Under the pieces are notes generated by a model. That model worked only from the letters and a program-made list of their open reading frames with translations. It was not told the DNA's origin and searched no databases. A program made the translations under genes and the position numbers. A stretch of DNA of 64,000 nucleotides from Longimicrobiales bacterium (lineage in GTDB: Bacteria > Gemmatimonadota > Gemmatimonadetes > Longimicrobiales > RSA9). Within the stretch, counting starts at the first letter, position 1. Every line of letters starts with the position of its first letter. The stretch lies in contig DASUSS010000093.1 of the NCBI GenBank assembly GCA_036374995.1, forward strand, positions 45,945 to 109,944. Direction: 5' to 3'. Shown in pieces: positions 63,511 through 64,000 of the stretch.

Positions 63511-64000
63511 TCAGACCCACGTCCTCTGGATGGCACCGACCTGCTCGACGCGGCGCTCGGCGACGCGGTCGGCGGCCTCGTAGGTCGGCAGTCCATCCTG
63601 CTTCGCCAGCTCGAAGATCTGGCCGAGCGTCTCGTAGATCTCGCCGGCCTTGCGCCGGGCCTGATCCGACGTCCAGTCGTTCAGCTCGCCGTAGACGTTG
63701 ATCAGACCGCCGGCGTTGATCACGTAATCGGGTGCGTACAGGATGCCGCGCTTGTGCAGCATGTCGCCGTGGCGTTCCTGCGCGAGCTGGTTGTTCGCGG
63801 CACCCGCAATGATCTCGAACGTGAACTGCGGAATCGTGTCATCATTGATGATGGCCCCGAGCGCGCACGGCGCGAAGATCTGTGCGTCCACACCGTAGAT
63901 CTGATCCGGCGCCACCCCCTGTGCGCCGAACTCCTTCACGACGCGCTGGACGCGCGCGTCGTCGATGTCCGTGACGATCAGCTTCGCGCCATCCGCCGCC
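63511..64000 (-). CDS. Leu/Phe/Val-type amino-acid dehydrogenase, C-terminal part (continues past the right edge)
   Basis: [21 protein letters not shown] and [17 protein letters not shown] are blocks of the Glu/Leu/Phe/Val dehydrogenase NAD-binding domain. The frame stays open to base 64000. Confidence 0.8.
   Translation of the reverse strand, partial: AADGAKLIVTDIDDARVQRVVKEFGAQGVAPDQIYGVDAQIFAPCALGAIINDDTIPQFTFEIIAGAANNQLAQERHGDMLHKRGILYAPDYVINAGGLINVYGELNDWTSDQARRKAGEIYETLGQIFELAKQDGLPTYEAADRVAERRVEQVGAIQRTWV

Overview
GC-rich bacterial chromosomal segment. Third codon positions are almost all G/C. My guess is a Gemmatimonadota-like diderm, which I cannot verify without a search. I can support about 60 protein genes and 2 tRNAs. 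I saw no rRNA, CRISPR array, transposase, integrase or prophage. Genes from about 8.6 to 44.2 kb and from 55.2 to 64 kb all lie on the minus strand and are tightly packed, often with ATGA stop/start overlaps. The 44.6-55.1 kb stretch is a plus-strand block: an NHL propeller gene followed by an MFP-OMF-RND-RND efflux operon. Most content is housekeeping: M1 and M24 peptidases, thyX, hemY/hemH, yggS-divIVA-ileS-lspA-rluD, exbB-exbD-exbD-tonB, cdaA-folP-ftsH-hpt-tilS, eno-ftsB, plsC, thiL, nnr and glyA. The standout is a roughly 16.7 kb minus-strand array (8.66-25.4 kb) of 17 translationally coupled genes. It combines a complete Che set (cheW-Y-A-C and cheR-D-B) with no receptor gene, the MglA/MglB Ras-like GTPase switch with two extra Roadblock-fold proteins, two PATAN(DUF4388)-TPR proteins, an 884-aa TPR scaffold, and a tandem DnaA-like AAA+ protein that lacks the DNA-binding domain. 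Secondary points of interest are a canonical SET-domain lysine methyltransferase next to tRNA-Met, a histone H1-like GARK-repeat protein, a G-tract-rich intergenic tandem repeat, and two adjacent RND permeases with a D-N motif in TM4. All functional calls rest on motif recognition by eye in the supplied translations. No database search was run.
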